Part shown: piece after piece, positions 1 through 10,728 of the stretch | Numbering within the stretch: the stretch's first letter is position 1 | Layout: every line of letters begins with the position of its first letter | Made by a program: the position numbers and the translations under genes | Origin: an uncultured Methanosarcinales archaeon | GTDB taxonomy: Archaea; Nanobdellota; Nanobdellia; Woesearchaeales; ARS49 | Assembly: GCA_964637115.1 (NCBI GenBank) | Contig: CAZWVL010000006.1 | Location: 1 to 64,000, forward strand | Direction of reading: 5' to 3' | DNA: 64,000 bases | The notes under the pieces: model-generated | Told to the model about the DNA's origin: nothing | The model's database searches: none | What the model saw: only the letters and a program-made list of their open reading frames with translations

Positions 1-935
1 GTTGAGGAGCACCCTGCTGGAAAACACCACCCTGACCAATTTGTTGAGGAGCACCAATCTGATACATACCCGGCTGACTCGGACTACCAGAACCCTGACC
101 AATCTGTTGAGGAGCACCCTGCTGGAAAACACCACCCTGACCACCAGCACCAAATGCTTGCTGAGAGGATTGACCCTGCTGACCAGACTGCGGAGGTTGA
201 CCACCACAATCTTTTTCGTCCACTATTTCTCCACGGCAATGTTTAGGAATTGTCTCTCTAAGGTCTTTTCCAGTTCTGGCCGATTCTTCCTGTGCTTTTT
301 GTTCGCACGGAGTAGCGGCTCCTGAAATTACATAAGGCTTTTGCTCGCCTTCTTCGCCGGGTTGATCTTGCGGCGGTTGTTCTCCACCTGCTCCAGCGTC
401 CTGACCATCTTGCCGAGGTTGTTGCCCAGGCAATGCACCCTGACCAATCTGCTGAGGAGCACCCTGCTGGAAAACACCACCCTGACCAATTTGTTGAGGA
501 GCACCAATTTGATACATACCAGGCTGACTCGGACCACCAGAACCCTGACCAATTTGTTGAGGAGCACCAATTTGATACATACCCGGCTGACTTGGAACAC
601 CAGGCTGAGGAACACCAATCTGCTGAGGAGCCTCCTGCTGATACATACCAGGCTGACTCGGAACACCAGGAGCACCCTGACCAATCTGCTGAGGAGCACC
701 CTGCTGATAAGCACTACCCGGCAAATACCCAGTACCAGGACCAGTACCACTCTGGTAAGCACTACCAGGCAACTGATGACCAGGAACCTGACTCGCCTGC
801 TGATACACACTACCCTGAATATTGCCAGTGCCAGGACCAGTACCACTCTGATAAGCACTACCAGGAATATAACCAGTACCAGGACCAGTACCACTCTGAT
901 AAGCACTACCAGACTGAGCACTAGTACCAGTTTTT
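1..935 (-). repeat. Coding tandem repeats (QQGAPQQIGQG, PSQPGMYQ, PGSAYQSGTGPGTG)
   Basis: 4-118 and 454-568 differ at only 4 of about 115 nt; many shorter copies lie between 430 and 935. Confidence 0.9.
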
Positions 936-2377
936 CCACCAGGCTGACCAGCAGCACCACTTTGCGGCATGGATTCAGAGCCAGCAGATTGTGCAAAAGG
1001 ACTCGTTGGAGGTTGTCCAAGAATTCCTCCAGCAGCCGGTATTAATTCGCGACACTTCTGCAAACAACCAAGATCTGCAGAATTACATTTTGAAACGCAA
1101 GACATAACATCTTCCTGACCTGCACACTTTTGCTCAACAAACATTTTGAAATCAGGCAAGACTTTAAGGGCAAGATCGCGGTCGCTCGCACTTTCCTCCT
1201 GTTCTCTCTTGAAATCAAGCGCAGCATCAACACCGTCTTGAACACATTTTGCAGGCCTGGGCATCACACAACATTTCTTCTTTTCAGGCGGAGGACCTCC
1301 GCCAGGTTCTTCCTGACACTCCGGATCGTCGTTTGGCACACATTTCGTTATGAACTTATCCCCAACCGCCCCACCAAAGAAATTTGGACACTTAACTTTG
1401 TAGCAGTCCTGGCTTTCCATACCATCAGTGCAGCCGTCCTTAACGGCAAATTTTTTGGGAGTGAATGGCTGATCCGGAGGCCAATCTGGTGGCTGCTTTT
1501 CCTTACATACGCAACACTCCTTTTTCTTGACTTTGCATTTTGGATCGTTGACATTAAACTCGCCTGCTTCTTTAGGAGGATCGCACGGAGGATTGCTTCC
1601 GCATTCAGTATTCTCCTCAAGAACCTCTACGGTTTCGCCATTAAGCATGCAAACAGTACAGCATCGACGGCCTCCTCCATCTGGTGTTGGCGTTTCACAA
1701 GGATCGCAATAACATTCATAATCAGCATAACCAACCTTTGAAGGATTCGCGCCACAGTTTTGAACTGCCCAATTTTTACATTCATTCTCTGGCGGACCAT
1801 CCAGCAGACCGTTTGCGGTTTTAATGTTTTTGCCATCACAAGTTCGACAGCAACACCCATGACGATGCGGATCGCCACCTACCGTAGGCGGAGGTGGCGG
1901 TGGAGGAGGTGGAGGGGGTGGTGGAGGAGGCGGAGGTGGAGGCGGAGGAATGCCTGGTGTTGGAGTCGAGGTAGGAGTGCCAGTGGGCGTAGAAGTTGGA
2001 GTTGAAGTGGGCGTTGAAGTAGGAGTGCTTGTCGGAGTAGAAGTAGGCGTTGAAGTAGGAGTACTTGTAGGTGGCGGGGGCGGAGGAGGCGGCGGAGGAG
2101 GTGGAGGAGGACTAACTGAAGTAGGAGTAGAAGTAGGAGTTGAAGTAGGCGTTGGAGTTTGCATTAACCCAAACGTTGGCGGACTTGCAACCTGTCCGCT
2201 AACCTGGGCTCCGGTAATTCCAAAAGAAGTTTTGAAGAAACTTGAAACACTCGAGATAAACCTGTACAAAAACCCATCTTCCAATGGAGATGACTGTTCA
2301 GCAGACACGACAGAAATACTGAGAACTAATAAAGTAAACACTATAGCAATTGCTCCTACAGTCTTCTCTTTTTCCAC
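1..2377 (-). CDS. Secreted Thr/Pro-, Cys- and Gly/Gln/Pro-rich repeat surface protein (3'-partial, >792 aa; not in ORF track)
   Basis: Hand translation from GTG at 2377 is open to base 1: MEKEKTVGAIAIVFTLLVLSISVVSA (signal peptide), [22 protein letters not shown] repeats, P14 and P21 runs, CCCRTC/CCTVC/CCVC modules, then QQGAPQQIGQG / PSQPGMYQ repeats. The N-terminus is paralogous to the 2660-aa protein. An alternative GTG is at 2386. Confidence 0.92.
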   Translation of the reverse strand, partial: MEKEKTVGAIAIVFTLLVLSISVVSAEQSSPLEDGFLYRFISSVSSFFKTSFGITGAQVSGQVASPPTFGLMQTPTPTSTPTSTPTSVSPPPPPPPPPPPPPPTSTPTSTPTSTPTSTPTSTPTSTPTSTPTGTPTSTPTPGIPPPPPPPPPPPPPPPPPPPPPTVGGDPHRHGCCCRTCDGKNIKTANGLLDGPPENECKNWAVQNCGANPSKVGYADYECYCDPCETPTPDGGGRRCCTVCMLNGETVEVLEENTECGSNPPCDPPKEAGEFNVNDPKCKVKKKECCVCKEKQPPDWPPDQPFTPKKFAVKDGCTDGMESQDCYKVKCPNFFGGAVGDKFITKCVPNDDPECQEEPGGGPPPEKKKCCVMPRPAKCVQDGVDAALDFKREQEESASDRDLALKVLPDFKMFVEQKCAGQEDVMSCVSKCNSADLGCLQKCRELIPAAGGILGQPPTSPFAQSAGSESMPQSGAAGQPGGKTGTSAQSGSAYQSGTGPGTGYIPGSAYQSGTGPGTGNIQGSVYQQASQVPGHQLPGSAYQSGTGPGTGYLPGSAYQQGAPQQIGQGAPGVPSQPGMYQQEAPQQIGVPQPGVPSQPGMYQIGAPQQIGQGSGGPSQPGMYQIGAPQQIGQGGVFQQGAPQQIGQGALPGQQPRQDGQDAGAGGEQPPQDQPGEEGEQKPYVISGAATPCEQKAQEESARTGKDLRETIPKHCRGEIVDEKDCGGQPPQSGQQGQSSQQAFGAGGQGGVFQQGAPQQIGQGSGSPSQPGMYQIGAPQQIGQGGVFQQGAPQ
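1886..2160 (-). repeat. PTST repeats plus polyproline tracts (P21 at 1886-1948, P14 at about 2069-2110)
   Basis: GGN-triplet runs on the + strand read as CCN Pro codons on the - strand. Confidence 0.9.
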
Positions 2378-2412
2378 TGTACCCACTTGTAGTTCCCTTT
2401 ACTGAAGGACGG

Positions 2413-2424
2413 GCTTTCAGCTAT
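2413..2424 (-). promoter_or_regulatory. 12-bp motif ATAGCTGAAAGC shared upstream of both giant paralogues
   Basis: gctttcagctat at 2413-2424 and at 10566-10577, 36 and 27 nt upstream of the two GTG starts. Confidence 0.5.
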
Positions 2425-2556
2425 AGCACAGCGCTATGCCAAAAAACTGCAAATACTCTCTAAACTACCCCCTCCTTTGAATTACACTGTAAAACCGTCA
2501 TTTGCATTTATAAAGATTCGTCGCCATCACACAGTGAAAGCTAAAGATACAAGAAA

Positions 2557-5500
2557 TTACTTTTTGCGTTTTAGCAATACAAACACGCATCCGATGACAA
2601 CCAGCATTATGAGTGCTGCCAAGGCAAGTTTGCCAAAGACAGGGGCTGGCTGTGGAAGTTGTGCCTCTATTAGTTGTTCTGGAGGCTCAAACTGTGCAGC
2701 TTCCACCGGCCGCTGAATAATGACTTCTCTTGGAGCTGATTGCAGTTCTGCCTTGATGTATTCTACGCGCTCGTTCACGTCTGCTTCGACAATCTCTTCT
2801 GTAGCCATGCGGATTCCTGGTATTGGAACTTCTATTGTTTGCGTCTTTTCGTTGTGCGTGGCTTCCAACGTGAATGAGAAATCAGGCTCAGGGCTTCCTG
2901 TTTCTACAAACCTGAAGAGGAATATTCTTGACTCATTGGTAACGAAGCTTTGCACGCATGTTGCAGCGTTGATCAAGTTGCCTTCATCATCCTCTATGCC
3001 TGCTATCTGGTAGCCTTGCGGCACGTACAAGCACACGTTTACCTGCCAGCTATCCTGACTTTGGAAGATGAACGGGTAGAGCTCTTCTGTGCCTGCCCAT
3101 ACAGTGTATTCTGGGTGGTACACGTTGAGCTGTGATCCGAGGATTACAGTCATTTGACCGCCGAGATACTTTTGCTGCCCGTTCTTTTCGATGACTCTGA
3201 ATACTCTAAGGTTCTTGTCGAGGTAAGTGCTCAACGCTTTGCCGGAAATGTCGATTGCATCGTCATCATCTTCGTCCTCGTCTCCTGGATGATGGAGCTC
3301 GTGCCTCTTGAGGAAGTTTATGAACTTGCCAGTGTAAATCGTGCTGCCCTTGACCGGGTCAACGTACTTCAGAATTGCTAATAGTTTACCTGCAAATAGA
3401 TCGCCGGTGACAGCCATTCCTATTTGGTCTGTTGAACCTTGGCCGATTTTTCCTATGTCCGCGAGGAAGATGTCGTCCAGGAGGTTCTTTGCGGGTCTTG
3501 AGCCGTTGAAGGCTAGCTTGAAGTTGGCATCTTCACGGTTGAATAATTTGATTGTTGCTCCTGTGATCGGCAGGTCGCACATTTTCCGCGCAACACCGTT
3601 ATCATACCCGCAAATGCCTGTTTTCTTGTAATCTACTACGCTTAGTATGGCGTTTGCTTCGTTAGCCAATGGACATCCTTGATGATCTACAGGTCCTTTT
3701 ACTGCCGGACATTGGTCTGGGCTGCTGCTTGGGCAGTCTGTGAATCCTTCGTTCTGTGCTGTCAGCGCATCATTGAGTGCTGAGACTGATGCGCTGAAAG
3801 GTGTGAGCGCCGAGAGGTTTCCTCCCAATACTTGTTCGCCTATCGCCAACAGTTGCCTGACTGTCAGCCCTGCAAATGGACCTGCGTTCATGGCAATCGT
3901 GCCGCCAAGTCCAGGATCTGTGATGCCTGCATCGCTGAAATTTACATTTATGCGTAACGCGAGCACTTGTCCGCCAAGCACTCCTGATTCTGTCGACAAT
4001 GGATTGATGTAACTGTTAGTGAGCACAGCGGGCGTGCTCTTTGCCGGCAGGTAATTCTGCACTGCCAGCGAGGACGTGAACTTCAGTGTTTTATTGCCTC
4101 CTATGGTAAGACCGCTTGGGTATACTGCTGCGAAATTGTTATCGCGCAGGCATCCTGGATTGTTGCCTGAGCATCTTGTTCCCCATCCTCCTTGCGTGAA
4201 CGCGCAAAACTCTGCTTGAGGTGGCGGCGGAGGAGGAGGTGGCGGTGGTGGAGTAGCACCAGGACAGTCGTTGACAAATGTTACCTTGTGGAAGTCTTGC
4301 AAGTCTGTTGGGCACTCCATGCCAGGGCAGCCAGTGAAACCTTCATTCTGCATTGTGAGAGCGTTGTTGAGATCTGAGATTGACGCGCTGAATGTGACTA
4401 ACGCGGTCAAGTTGCCTCCTAACACTTGTTCGCCTATTGCCAACAGTTGCCTGACTGTCAGCCCTGCAAACGGCCCTGCGCTTACTGCGAGCGTGCCGCC
4501 AAGTCCTGTATTGGTAACGCCTGCATCGCTGAAGTCCACGCTGATGCGCAGCGCGAGCACCTGGCCTCCAAACACTCCTGCTTCTGTTGCGATCGGGTTT
4601 GTATAGTTGTTGGCTAATGATGCTGGAGTTCCACCAGCCGGCAGGTAGTTCTGGACTGCCAGTGAGGAAGTGAACTTGAGCTTTCGTAAGCTGCCGATGG
4701 TGATGCCGTTCGGATATACTGCTGCGAAATTGTTATCGCGCAAACATCCTGGATTGTTGCCAGAGCACTCTGATCCCCAGCCTCCTTGCGTGTGCGCGCA
4801 GAAGTTGTTGTTTTTCCCGTTAGAACAGATTTTTATTCCGACTGTTGATGTTGAATTGATGATGTCGTTTGCAACCGTGAACTCATCTTGCTCTGGATTT
4901 CCTGCTTGTGCAATGCCGTCTCCCTGCTGCTCATAGTCAATGTTATTTACAGAAGTTATGTTTGCTGGAGTGTATTCTGCCTTGTAGGTGTACGTGACAA
5001 AGCTGCTTGAGCAGTTTCCGCTCGGGCAGGTAAGCTGCACTCCTTCTTGCAATGTTCCGTCTCCATTTCTGGAGGTTACGAGCACTCCCTGCGGCAGTGT
5101 CTGGAAGTTTGTGGAATCTGTGATAAATGTTCCGTTTGCGAAAGTAAGCGGTATGTGGAACTTGCCGTCCAGCCCAATGAAGATTTCCGTGTTTCCAGCG
5201 AATACTCTTGGCTGCGTGACTCCTGTGACGTTGCTGCTGAATGCCAGGATTTGAATAATTTTTTCCGGTATGCATACCCCAAATGTGTTGGTGAACAGGC
5301 ATTGCACGCTCTCGTTTGAGTCCAGATCTATGACTGCGGTTCTGTTGCTCAGGTTGACTGTTGTTCCATCATCGGGATCACTGCAGTCGATATTTGTGAG
5401 GTTGAAGCCTGCGCCTGCCTGCTCTATAATATTGTAATTGCCCGGCGCGACGCCGGTGAATGTCCTGTTGTTTCTAAGTATTGCACTGCTGTCGTCATCA

Positions 5501-8500
5501 AGAAGGAAAGTGCCAAAGCTTCCAGTGAAATTGAAGTCCTGGGGGTTGTCTGATACCGCGTCCTTGATGATGCTGATGTTGCCTGAGCGCTTGTTGACGA
5601 AAGTGCAGGTGACGTGTTCTCCGGCGTCAAGGTCTATATGCGCCACTTGTTCGGTGACGTTCACTGTTGTTCCTGCATCCGCGTCTATGCAGTTTATGTT
5701 TGTAAGATTCAGCGCCGTTGGAACTCTTTCGCTGACGTTGTATTGTCCTGGAGCCAGGCTGATGTTTTTGTTGTTTGGCAGTGTTGTGCTCGCATCATCG
5801 TCAAGCGCGAAAGTATCAAGCGGCCCGAGGAATATTACTCCTGGCTGGCCATCAGGCACGGTGTCCTTGATTATGGTTATGCTTTGCAGCGGCTGGTTGT
5901 TGAATATGCAGGTGACGTTCTCTCCTATTCCGAGGTCTACTGTTACGTTTCGTTCTGTGAAGTTTACTGTGAATGCCGGGCTGAGGCATCTTAGGTCAGT
6001 GAGGTTAAAGCCTGGAATCGCGTCCTCTTTTATCATGTAAGTGCCTGGTGCAACGAAGAATGATATTTCGTTTGGTATTGTAGTGCCCGCGTCATTGTCC
6101 AGCGAGAAGCTTCCCAGATTTCCAGTATAGGTGAAGATCTGTGGCGTCTTTGGCACGACGTTCTTGATTATGGTTATTTTCTGCTGAGGGATGTTGGTGT
6201 AGGTGCAGGTGATTGCCTCGCCCGCGTCAAGATCCACTATGGCAGTTCCATTTGCTGCGTTTACTGCGGTGCCTGAATCTGGGTCCGAGCAAATTATATT
6301 ATTCAACTGGAATCCTGACACCACCACCTCAACGAAATTGAAAGTGCCTGGCGACAGGCCTGTGAATGTTATGTTCTCTGATAATGTTGGATCAGAATCG
6401 TCATCAAGCGTGAAACTGCCGAGGTCACTTATATAGATGAAGTCCTGCGCTGATTGTGGAACGGTGTCCTTGACGATTGTTATGCTGTTGGCTGGAGCAG
6501 CTGGAACCGTGTTGTTTCTGTTCGTGAATTTGCAGACTATGTCTTCTCCTGGGTCCAGATCTATGGTGGCTTTCCTGGAAGCAAGATTTGTAACGGTGCC
6601 GCTGTCCGGGTCTGTGCAGGTAATGCTCAGCAGGTTGAAGCCAAATGCTGGACGTTCTGCTATGTCATATATTCCTGGATCTTTCTGGAAAGTAACGCTG
6701 TCTGGGAATGCAGGATCGCTGTCATCATCCAATGTGAAGTCTGGACTGAGGTTGCCCGTGAAGTTGAAGTCCTGCGGGCCGTTTGGTATCGTGTCCTTGA
6801 TTATTGTTACAGTTTGCACCTGTTCGTTTGTATACGTGCAGACTATGCTTTCACCGATGTCGAGGTCGATAACGGCAAGTCCGTTTACGGTGTCGACTGC
6901 TGTTCCCCCGTCTGGGTCCAAGCAAGTTATGTCTGTCAGTTCGTAGCCCTTAACATCTGCTTCTTCAACAACATATGTGCCGTCTGTCAAGTTGCTGAAA
7001 GATATGTTTTCTGCCAGTGCAGGGTCTGTGTCGTCGTCAAGCGAGAAGCTGCCGAGATCTCCTGTGTAGTTGAAGTCCTGCGCGCTGTTTGGAACTGTAT
7101 TCTTGATTATCGTTATGTTTGCTGCTGCCACAGCAACTGTGTTATCCTTGTTCGTGTACGTGCAGGTGATTTCCTCACCTCTATCAAGGTCAATGGTTGC
7201 CTCCCTATTGCCTATGTTTACTGTAGTGCCGCCGTCAAGGTCTGTGCAGGTTAGGTTAATCAAACTGTATCCCGCAACTAAGCCTTCCGTTACTGTATAA
7301 GTGCCTGGCACAACCTTGAACTCCGTGAATTCCGGCAGTGTAGGATCTGTGTCGTCGTCAAGCGAGAATGTTCCCAGGCCTCCTGTGAAACTGAAGTCCT
7401 GCGCAGAGTTTGGTCTTGTGTCTTTGATTATGGTTATGGATTGTGTTGGCTCGTTTGTGTACGTGCAGGTGATGCTTTCTCCAGGGTCCAAGTCTATGAC
7501 TGCCGTCTGGGCTACAGCGCTAGTAAGCGTTCCTCCATCCGGATCCAGGCATTCCAAATCAATGAGATTGTATTCTCCCATCAAGTCCTCGCTGACAACG
7601 TATGAGCCTGGTCCGACAGTGAACGTCATTGTGTTTGGCAGCGTTCCATCTGCATCATCATCGAGCTGGAAGTTGCCAAGACCTGTGAAGTTGAAGTCCT
7701 GCGCTGATTGTGGCACGGTGTCCTTGATTATCGTAATGTTTTGGCCGAACGGCGTGTTTGTGTACGTGCAGTTTATGTGCTCGCCTATGTCGAGATCTAT
7801 TGTCGCTGTTCTGGTTCCCAAGCTGACGATTGTGCCAGTATCAGGATCGCTGCATGACAGCCCAGTAAGGTTGTAGCCTGCGAAAAGTCCTTCTGTGACT
7901 GCATAGCTTCCCGGCGGTCTTGGGAATGTTATGTGCCCGCTTTCTGTCAGATTGAAAGTTCCCAGCCCTCCGGTATAGTTGAAAGCTGCAGGGTCGTTTG
8001 ATCCAGTGACTTCCTTGATTATGGTTATGCTTTGGTTCGGTTCGTTTGTGTAGGTGCAGTTTACGTGTTCGCCAGCGTCGAGATCTATAAGCGCTGTCCT
8101 GCTTGAAATGTTTGCAATCGTTCCTCCGTCAGGGTCTTGGCATCTGAGTCTTGTCAGGTTCCAGCCATTAATGTATATTTCTGTCACGTTGAACGTGCCA
8201 GGGCTCAAGCCCACAAAGGTCCTGTTTTCTGGCAGTGCCGGGTCTGCATCGTCGTCAAGCTGGAAGCTGCCGAGGTCTCCCGTATAGTTGAAATCCTGCG
8301 GGCCATCTGGAATGGTTTCCTTGATTATGGTTATGCCTGCTGGAGGCTGCTGGGCTGGCGCTGGCTTGTTTGTGAAGACGCAGATGACGTGCTCACCAGC
8401 GTCAAGGTCAATGAATGCTTCGCCCGCGCCCAACTGAATTTCCGTTTGGCCGTCAGGATCTTGGCAATCTATGTCTACAAGATCAAAGCCAGCTGGCTGC

Positions 8501-10539
8501 TCCTCCCTGACGCTGTATGCGCCGGGCACCCTGAAGAAAGTCTCCAAGGAGGAATGCTCGTTTTCATCATTGCCGTCATCGTCAAGCACAAAACCCTGGC
8601 CATCAAGGAAGTCCGAGTCCAAGTCCCCTGTGAATTCAAAGTCCTGCGAACCGTCAGGGATCAAGTTTTTGATGATTGTGATTTTTGCTGAATCTGCTAT
8701 CGGCTGGTCTGTGAACGTACATTCTATAAGTTCGCCTGGAAGCACCAGCAGTGTAACTTTGTTGTTGCTGATGTCTTCGATGATTCTTGGCGTTCCAACT
8801 CCAAATGCCGTTGGATGGAACACTCCTGCCAATGCCGGCGGGTAGAACGGATCGTCAAAAGGTATGAAAGACGGCAAAAGATTGCCAATTTCGCAGTTAA
8901 TGTCTGTGAGCACCCATCCTGGCGGCACTTCTTCTGTTACTTCAAATGTGCCCGGCAACACCGTTGTTTTTTTGCTGTTTGACAGCGTTCCATCATTATC
9001 GTCGTCGAGCGTGAAGAATGTCAGCGGCCCTGCGAAAGAACCTCCCAAGATCGTTTCGAGGAGAGAGCTGACAATTTCTCCCAGCCCGAGCTCTGGGAAG
9101 GTAGCAACACCTTGTATGAGCACTCCTGGCCCTGATTGTGATTTCCCGACGAATTTAAAATCCTGCGGGTTATCTGGAATGCTGTTCTTGATAATTCTTA
9201 CGTCAGGAAGCCTGATGTTCTCAAAGTCGCACTCCACCACTTCTCCTGGCTGCACGTTGTATGTTGCTACACCTTGCACTGCATCTCCAAAGCTGTCTCC
9301 GTCATCGCAGAATATATGCGTGAGAAGGAACTGGGTTGGAAGCGGAATAAACTCATCGACATGGTAGGGGCTTCCGCTTGGCTTGACAAACCTGCCTGCT
9401 CCCTCGTCGTGCATTAGCTGCTGACCGTTGTCAGCTATCACTCCAGTGCCCGAAACGACATCTGGCGGCAGGATATCTGTGTCAAACTCAAAGATTGCCA
9501 GGATTCCACCCGGATCAGTGCCCTTCGCGGCGATGATTGCACCCTGATCGTCAAAATACTCGCATTCAATGGTCTCGTCTTCCTCAAGATTGAGGTATAC
9601 TTTTGCCGTGTCTGGATAGTCTGCGCCGGGGAATATGGAGTCGGCCACCTTGTCCTCAGTGCATTTAATTTGGAACAACTCCCATCCATCCCAATCATCT
9701 ATTACCTGCGCAGCCCCGTCCAGCGGTCCGAGTTCATCTACATTGTACTCGCCTGGACTGAGCTGAGAGAAAACTTTCTTGTCGGGCTTGATATTGCCGC
9801 CTGCCAATTCGTTTGGGTCGACCTCAAACAAAGTGAAATCGCCTAATTGTTCACTGTGGTACTGGAACTCTGCCAGAGCTTGCGCCAAACCGAATGCCGG
9901 CAAGAGCGGTGCTGAGACCCCATTTTTTTTGATTATAATTGTTCCTGTAGCCGGAGTACCTGTAGGTGTTGCTGTCGGAGTTGCAGTGGACGTCGGAGTG
10001 GCAGTAGGTGTTGAAGTAGGAGTACTCGTCGGAGTTGAAGTGGGTGTTGACGTCGGAGTCCTTGTAGGCGTTGAAGTAGGAGTAGACGTTGGTGTTGAAG
10101 TCGGCGTTGAAGTAGGAGTAGCAGTCGAAGTTGGAGCACTCGTAGGAGTAGAAGTAGGAGTCCTTGTAGGCGTTGAGGTCGGAGTTGAAGTAGGAGCGGC
10201 AGTAGAAGTAGGCGTGCTTGTAGGAGTTGAAGTAGGAGCGGAAGTGGAAGTAGGCGTGCTTGTAGGAGTTGAAGTAGGAGCGGAAGTGGAAGTAGGCGTG
10301 CTTGTAGGAGTTGAGGTAGCAGCAGGAGTAGGAGTTTGCATAAGACCAAATGTTGGAGGTTCAATCACCTGCGCCCCAGTAATTCTAGACGACTGGAAAA
10401 GACCTGCAAACCAACTGAAAAATCTTGAAACAAGCCCGTCATCCAAATGATTTGAAGATTGAGCAGACACAACAGACACACTGAGAACTAACAAAGCGAA
10501 TACAATGGCAATAATCCCCACAATCCTTTCTTTTTCCAC
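2557..10539 (-). CDS. Giant membrane-anchored surface adhesin, 2660 aa (SpaA/prealbumin-like Ig repeats)
   Basis: Signal peptide (VSA-Q), PTST linker, 14 repeats of about 100-110 aa (ITIIKD..P...QDF.FTG.LG.F.LDDD...C.DPD.GT...IDLD.GE...C.YTN), two copies of a TQGGWG domain, C-terminal TM helix followed by KRKK. Confidence 0.93.
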   Translation of the reverse strand: MEKERIVGIIAIVFALLVLSVSVVSAQSSNHLDDGLVSRFFSWFAGLFQSSRITGAQVIEPPTFGLMQTPTPAATSTPTSTPTSTSAPTSTPTSTPTSTSAPTSTPTSTPTSTAAPTSTPTSTPTRTPTSTPTSAPTSTATPTSTPTSTPTSTPTSTPTRTPTSTPTSTPTSTPTSTPTATPTSTATPTATPTGTPATGTIIIKKNGVSAPLLPAFGLAQALAEFQYHSEQLGDFTLFEVDPNELAGGNIKPDKKVFSQLSPGEYNVDELGPLDGAAQVIDDWDGWELFQIKCTEDKVADSIFPGADYPDTAKVYLNLEEDETIECEYFDDQGAIIAAKGTDPGGILAIFEFDTDILPPDVVSGTGVIADNGQQLMHDEGAGRFVKPSGSPYHVDEFIPLPTQFLLTHIFCDDGDSFGDAVQGVATYNVQPGEVVECDFENIRLPDVRIIKNSIPDNPQDFKFVGKSQSGPGVLIQGVATFPELGLGEIVSSLLETILGGSFAGPLTFFTLDDDNDGTLSNSKKTTVLPGTFEVTEEVPPGWVLTDINCEIGNLLPSFIPFDDPFYPPALAGVFHPTAFGVGTPRIIEDISNNKVTLLVLPGELIECTFTDQPIADSAKITIIKNLIPDGSQDFEFTGDLDSDFLDGQGFVLDDDGNDENEHSSLETFFRVPGAYSVREEQPAGFDLVDIDCQDPDGQTEIQLGAGEAFIDLDAGEHVICVFTNKPAPAQQPPAGITIIKETIPDGPQDFNYTGDLGSFQLDDDADPALPENRTFVGLSPGTFNVTEIYINGWNLTRLRCQDPDGGTIANISSRTALIDLDAGEHVNCTYTNEPNQSITIIKEVTGSNDPAAFNYTGGLGTFNLTESGHITFPRPPGSYAVTEGLFAGYNLTGLSCSDPDTGTIVSLGTRTATIDLDIGEHINCTYTNTPFGQNITIIKDTVPQSAQDFNFTGLGNFQLDDDADGTLPNTMTFTVGPGSYVVSEDLMGEYNLIDLECLDPDGGTLTSAVAQTAVIDLDPGESITCTYTNEPTQSITIIKDTRPNSAQDFSFTGGLGTFSLDDDTDPTLPEFTEFKVVPGTYTVTEGLVAGYSLINLTCTDLDGGTTVNIGNREATIDLDRGEEITCTYTNKDNTVAVAAANITIIKNTVPNSAQDFNYTGDLGSFSLDDDTDPALAENISFSNLTDGTYVVEEADVKGYELTDITCLDPDGGTAVDTVNGLAVIDLDIGESIVCTYTNEQVQTVTIIKDTIPNGPQDFNFTGNLSPDFTLDDDSDPAFPDSVTFQKDPGIYDIAERPAFGFNLLSITCTDPDSGTVTNLASRKATIDLDPGEDIVCKFTNRNNTVPAAPANSITIVKDTVPQSAQDFIYISDLGSFTLDDDSDPTLSENITFTGLSPGTFNFVEVVVSGFQLNNIICSDPDSGTAVNAANGTAIVDLDAGEAITCTYTNIPQQKITIIKNVVPKTPQIFTYTGNLGSFSLDNDAGTTIPNEISFFVAPGTYMIKEDAIPGFNLTDLRCLSPAFTVNFTERNVTVDLGIGENVTCIFNNQPLQSITIIKDTVPDGQPGVIFLGPLDTFALDDDASTTLPNNKNISLAPGQYNVSERVPTALNLTNINCIDADAGTTVNVTEQVAHIDLDAGEHVTCTFVNKRSGNISIIKDAVSDNPQDFNFTGSFGTFLLDDDSSAILRNNRTFTGVAPGNYNIIEQAGAGFNLTNIDCSDPDDGTTVNLSNRTAVIDLDSNESVQCLFTNTFGVCIPEKIIQILAFSSNVTGVTQPRVFAGNTEIFIGLDGKFHIPLTFANGTFITDSTNFQTLPQGVLVTSRNGDGTLQEGVQLTCPSGNCSSSFVTYTYKAEYTPANITSVNNIDYEQQGDGIAQAGNPEQDEFTVANDIINSTSTVGIKICSNGKNNNFCAHTQGGWGSECSGNNPGCLRDNNFAAVYPNGITIGSLRKLKFTSSLAVQNYLPAGGTPASLANNYTNPIATEAGVFGGQVLALRISVDFSDAGVTNTGLGGTLAVSAGPFAGLTVRQLLAIGEQVLGGNLTALVTFSASISDLNNALTMQNEGFTGCPGMECPTDLQDFHKVTFVNDCPGATPPPPPPPPPPPQAEFCAFTQGGWGTRCSGNNPGCLRDNNFAAVYPSGLTIGGNKTLKFTSSLAVQNYLPAKSTPAVLTNSYINPLSTESGVLGGQVLALRINVNFSDAGITDPGLGGTIAMNAGPFAGLTVRQLLAIGEQVLGGNLSALTPFSASVSALNDALTAQNEGFTDCPSSSPDQCPAVKGPVDHQGCPLANEANAILSVVDYKKTGICGYDNGVARKMCDLPITGATIKLFNREDANFKLAFNGSRPAKNLLDDIFLADIGKIGQGSTDQIGMAVTGDLFAGKLLAILKYVDPVKGSTIYTGKFINFLKRHELHHPGDEDEDDDDAIDISGKALSTYLDKNLRVFRVIEKNGQQKYLGGQMTVILGSQLNVYHPEYTVWAGTEELYPFIFQSQDSWQVNVCLYVPQGYQIAGIEDDEGNLINAATCVQSFVTNESRIFLFRFVETGSPEPDFSFTLEATHNEKTQTIEVPIPGIRMATEEIVEADVNERVEYIKAELQSAPREVIIQRPVEAAQFEPPEQLIEAQLPQPAPVFGKLALAALIMLVVIGCVFVLLKRKK
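3725..4806 (-). repeat. Tandem duplicated domain of about 160 aa (FCAxTQGGWG...[19 protein letters not shown]...GFTxCP)
   Basis: Copies at about 4322-4806 and 3725-4211 are highly similar and separated by a P11 tract. Confidence 0.9.
5285..9950 (-). repeat. 14 tandem Ig-like repeats, each with a Cys pair
   Basis: Counted in the translation: 11 canonical repeats plus 3 divergent N-terminal ones. Confidence 0.85.
9955..10335 (-). repeat. PTST/PTSA Thr-Pro-Ser linker (about 125 aa)
   Basis: Direct translation. Confidence 0.92.
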
Positions 10540-10565
10540 TGTACTTTCCTGCTAACAAAGAATAT

Positions 10566-10577
10566 GCTTTCAGCTAT
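10566..10577 (-). promoter_or_regulatory. Second copy of the shared upstream 12-mer
   Basis: Identical to 2413-2424. Confidence 0.5.
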
Positions 10578-10728
10578 TCATTACACAATGCTTCAAACAT
10601 AATCCCTATCAATTTTTATCAACCCACTTTTATCCACAAAACGATATCACAGTTTAAAAATGTTTTGTGTGCTGGAATAGTGAAGAGCACAAAATGTTTA
10701 TAAAACATCATCAAAACTTTTATTTAGA

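Noticed and set aside
433-924. His/Asp/Glu/Gln-rich ORF (MHPDQSAEEHPAGKHH...) that looks like a metal-binding protein
   Set aside because: It is an antisense shadow of the repeat region of the real minus-strand gene; several frames are open because of the repeats.
1-935. Possible CRISPR array
   Set aside because: The repeats are in-frame coding units without unique spacers, and there are no cas genes.
328-1020. Leu/Val-rich minus-strand ORF and the overlapping Thr/Leu-rich plus-strand ORFs
   Set aside because: Out-of-frame or antisense readings of the same repeats.
1950-2405. VGVE/poly-Gly ORF (also 9779-10450 and 63134-63406)
   Set aside because: Antisense shadows of PTST and polyproline tracts.
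2720-9700. Many 60-270 aa plus-strand ORFs opposite the adhesin, and similar short antisense ORFs opposite the GT genes
   Set aside because: They are fully nested antisense to clear genes and have no recognisable motifs.
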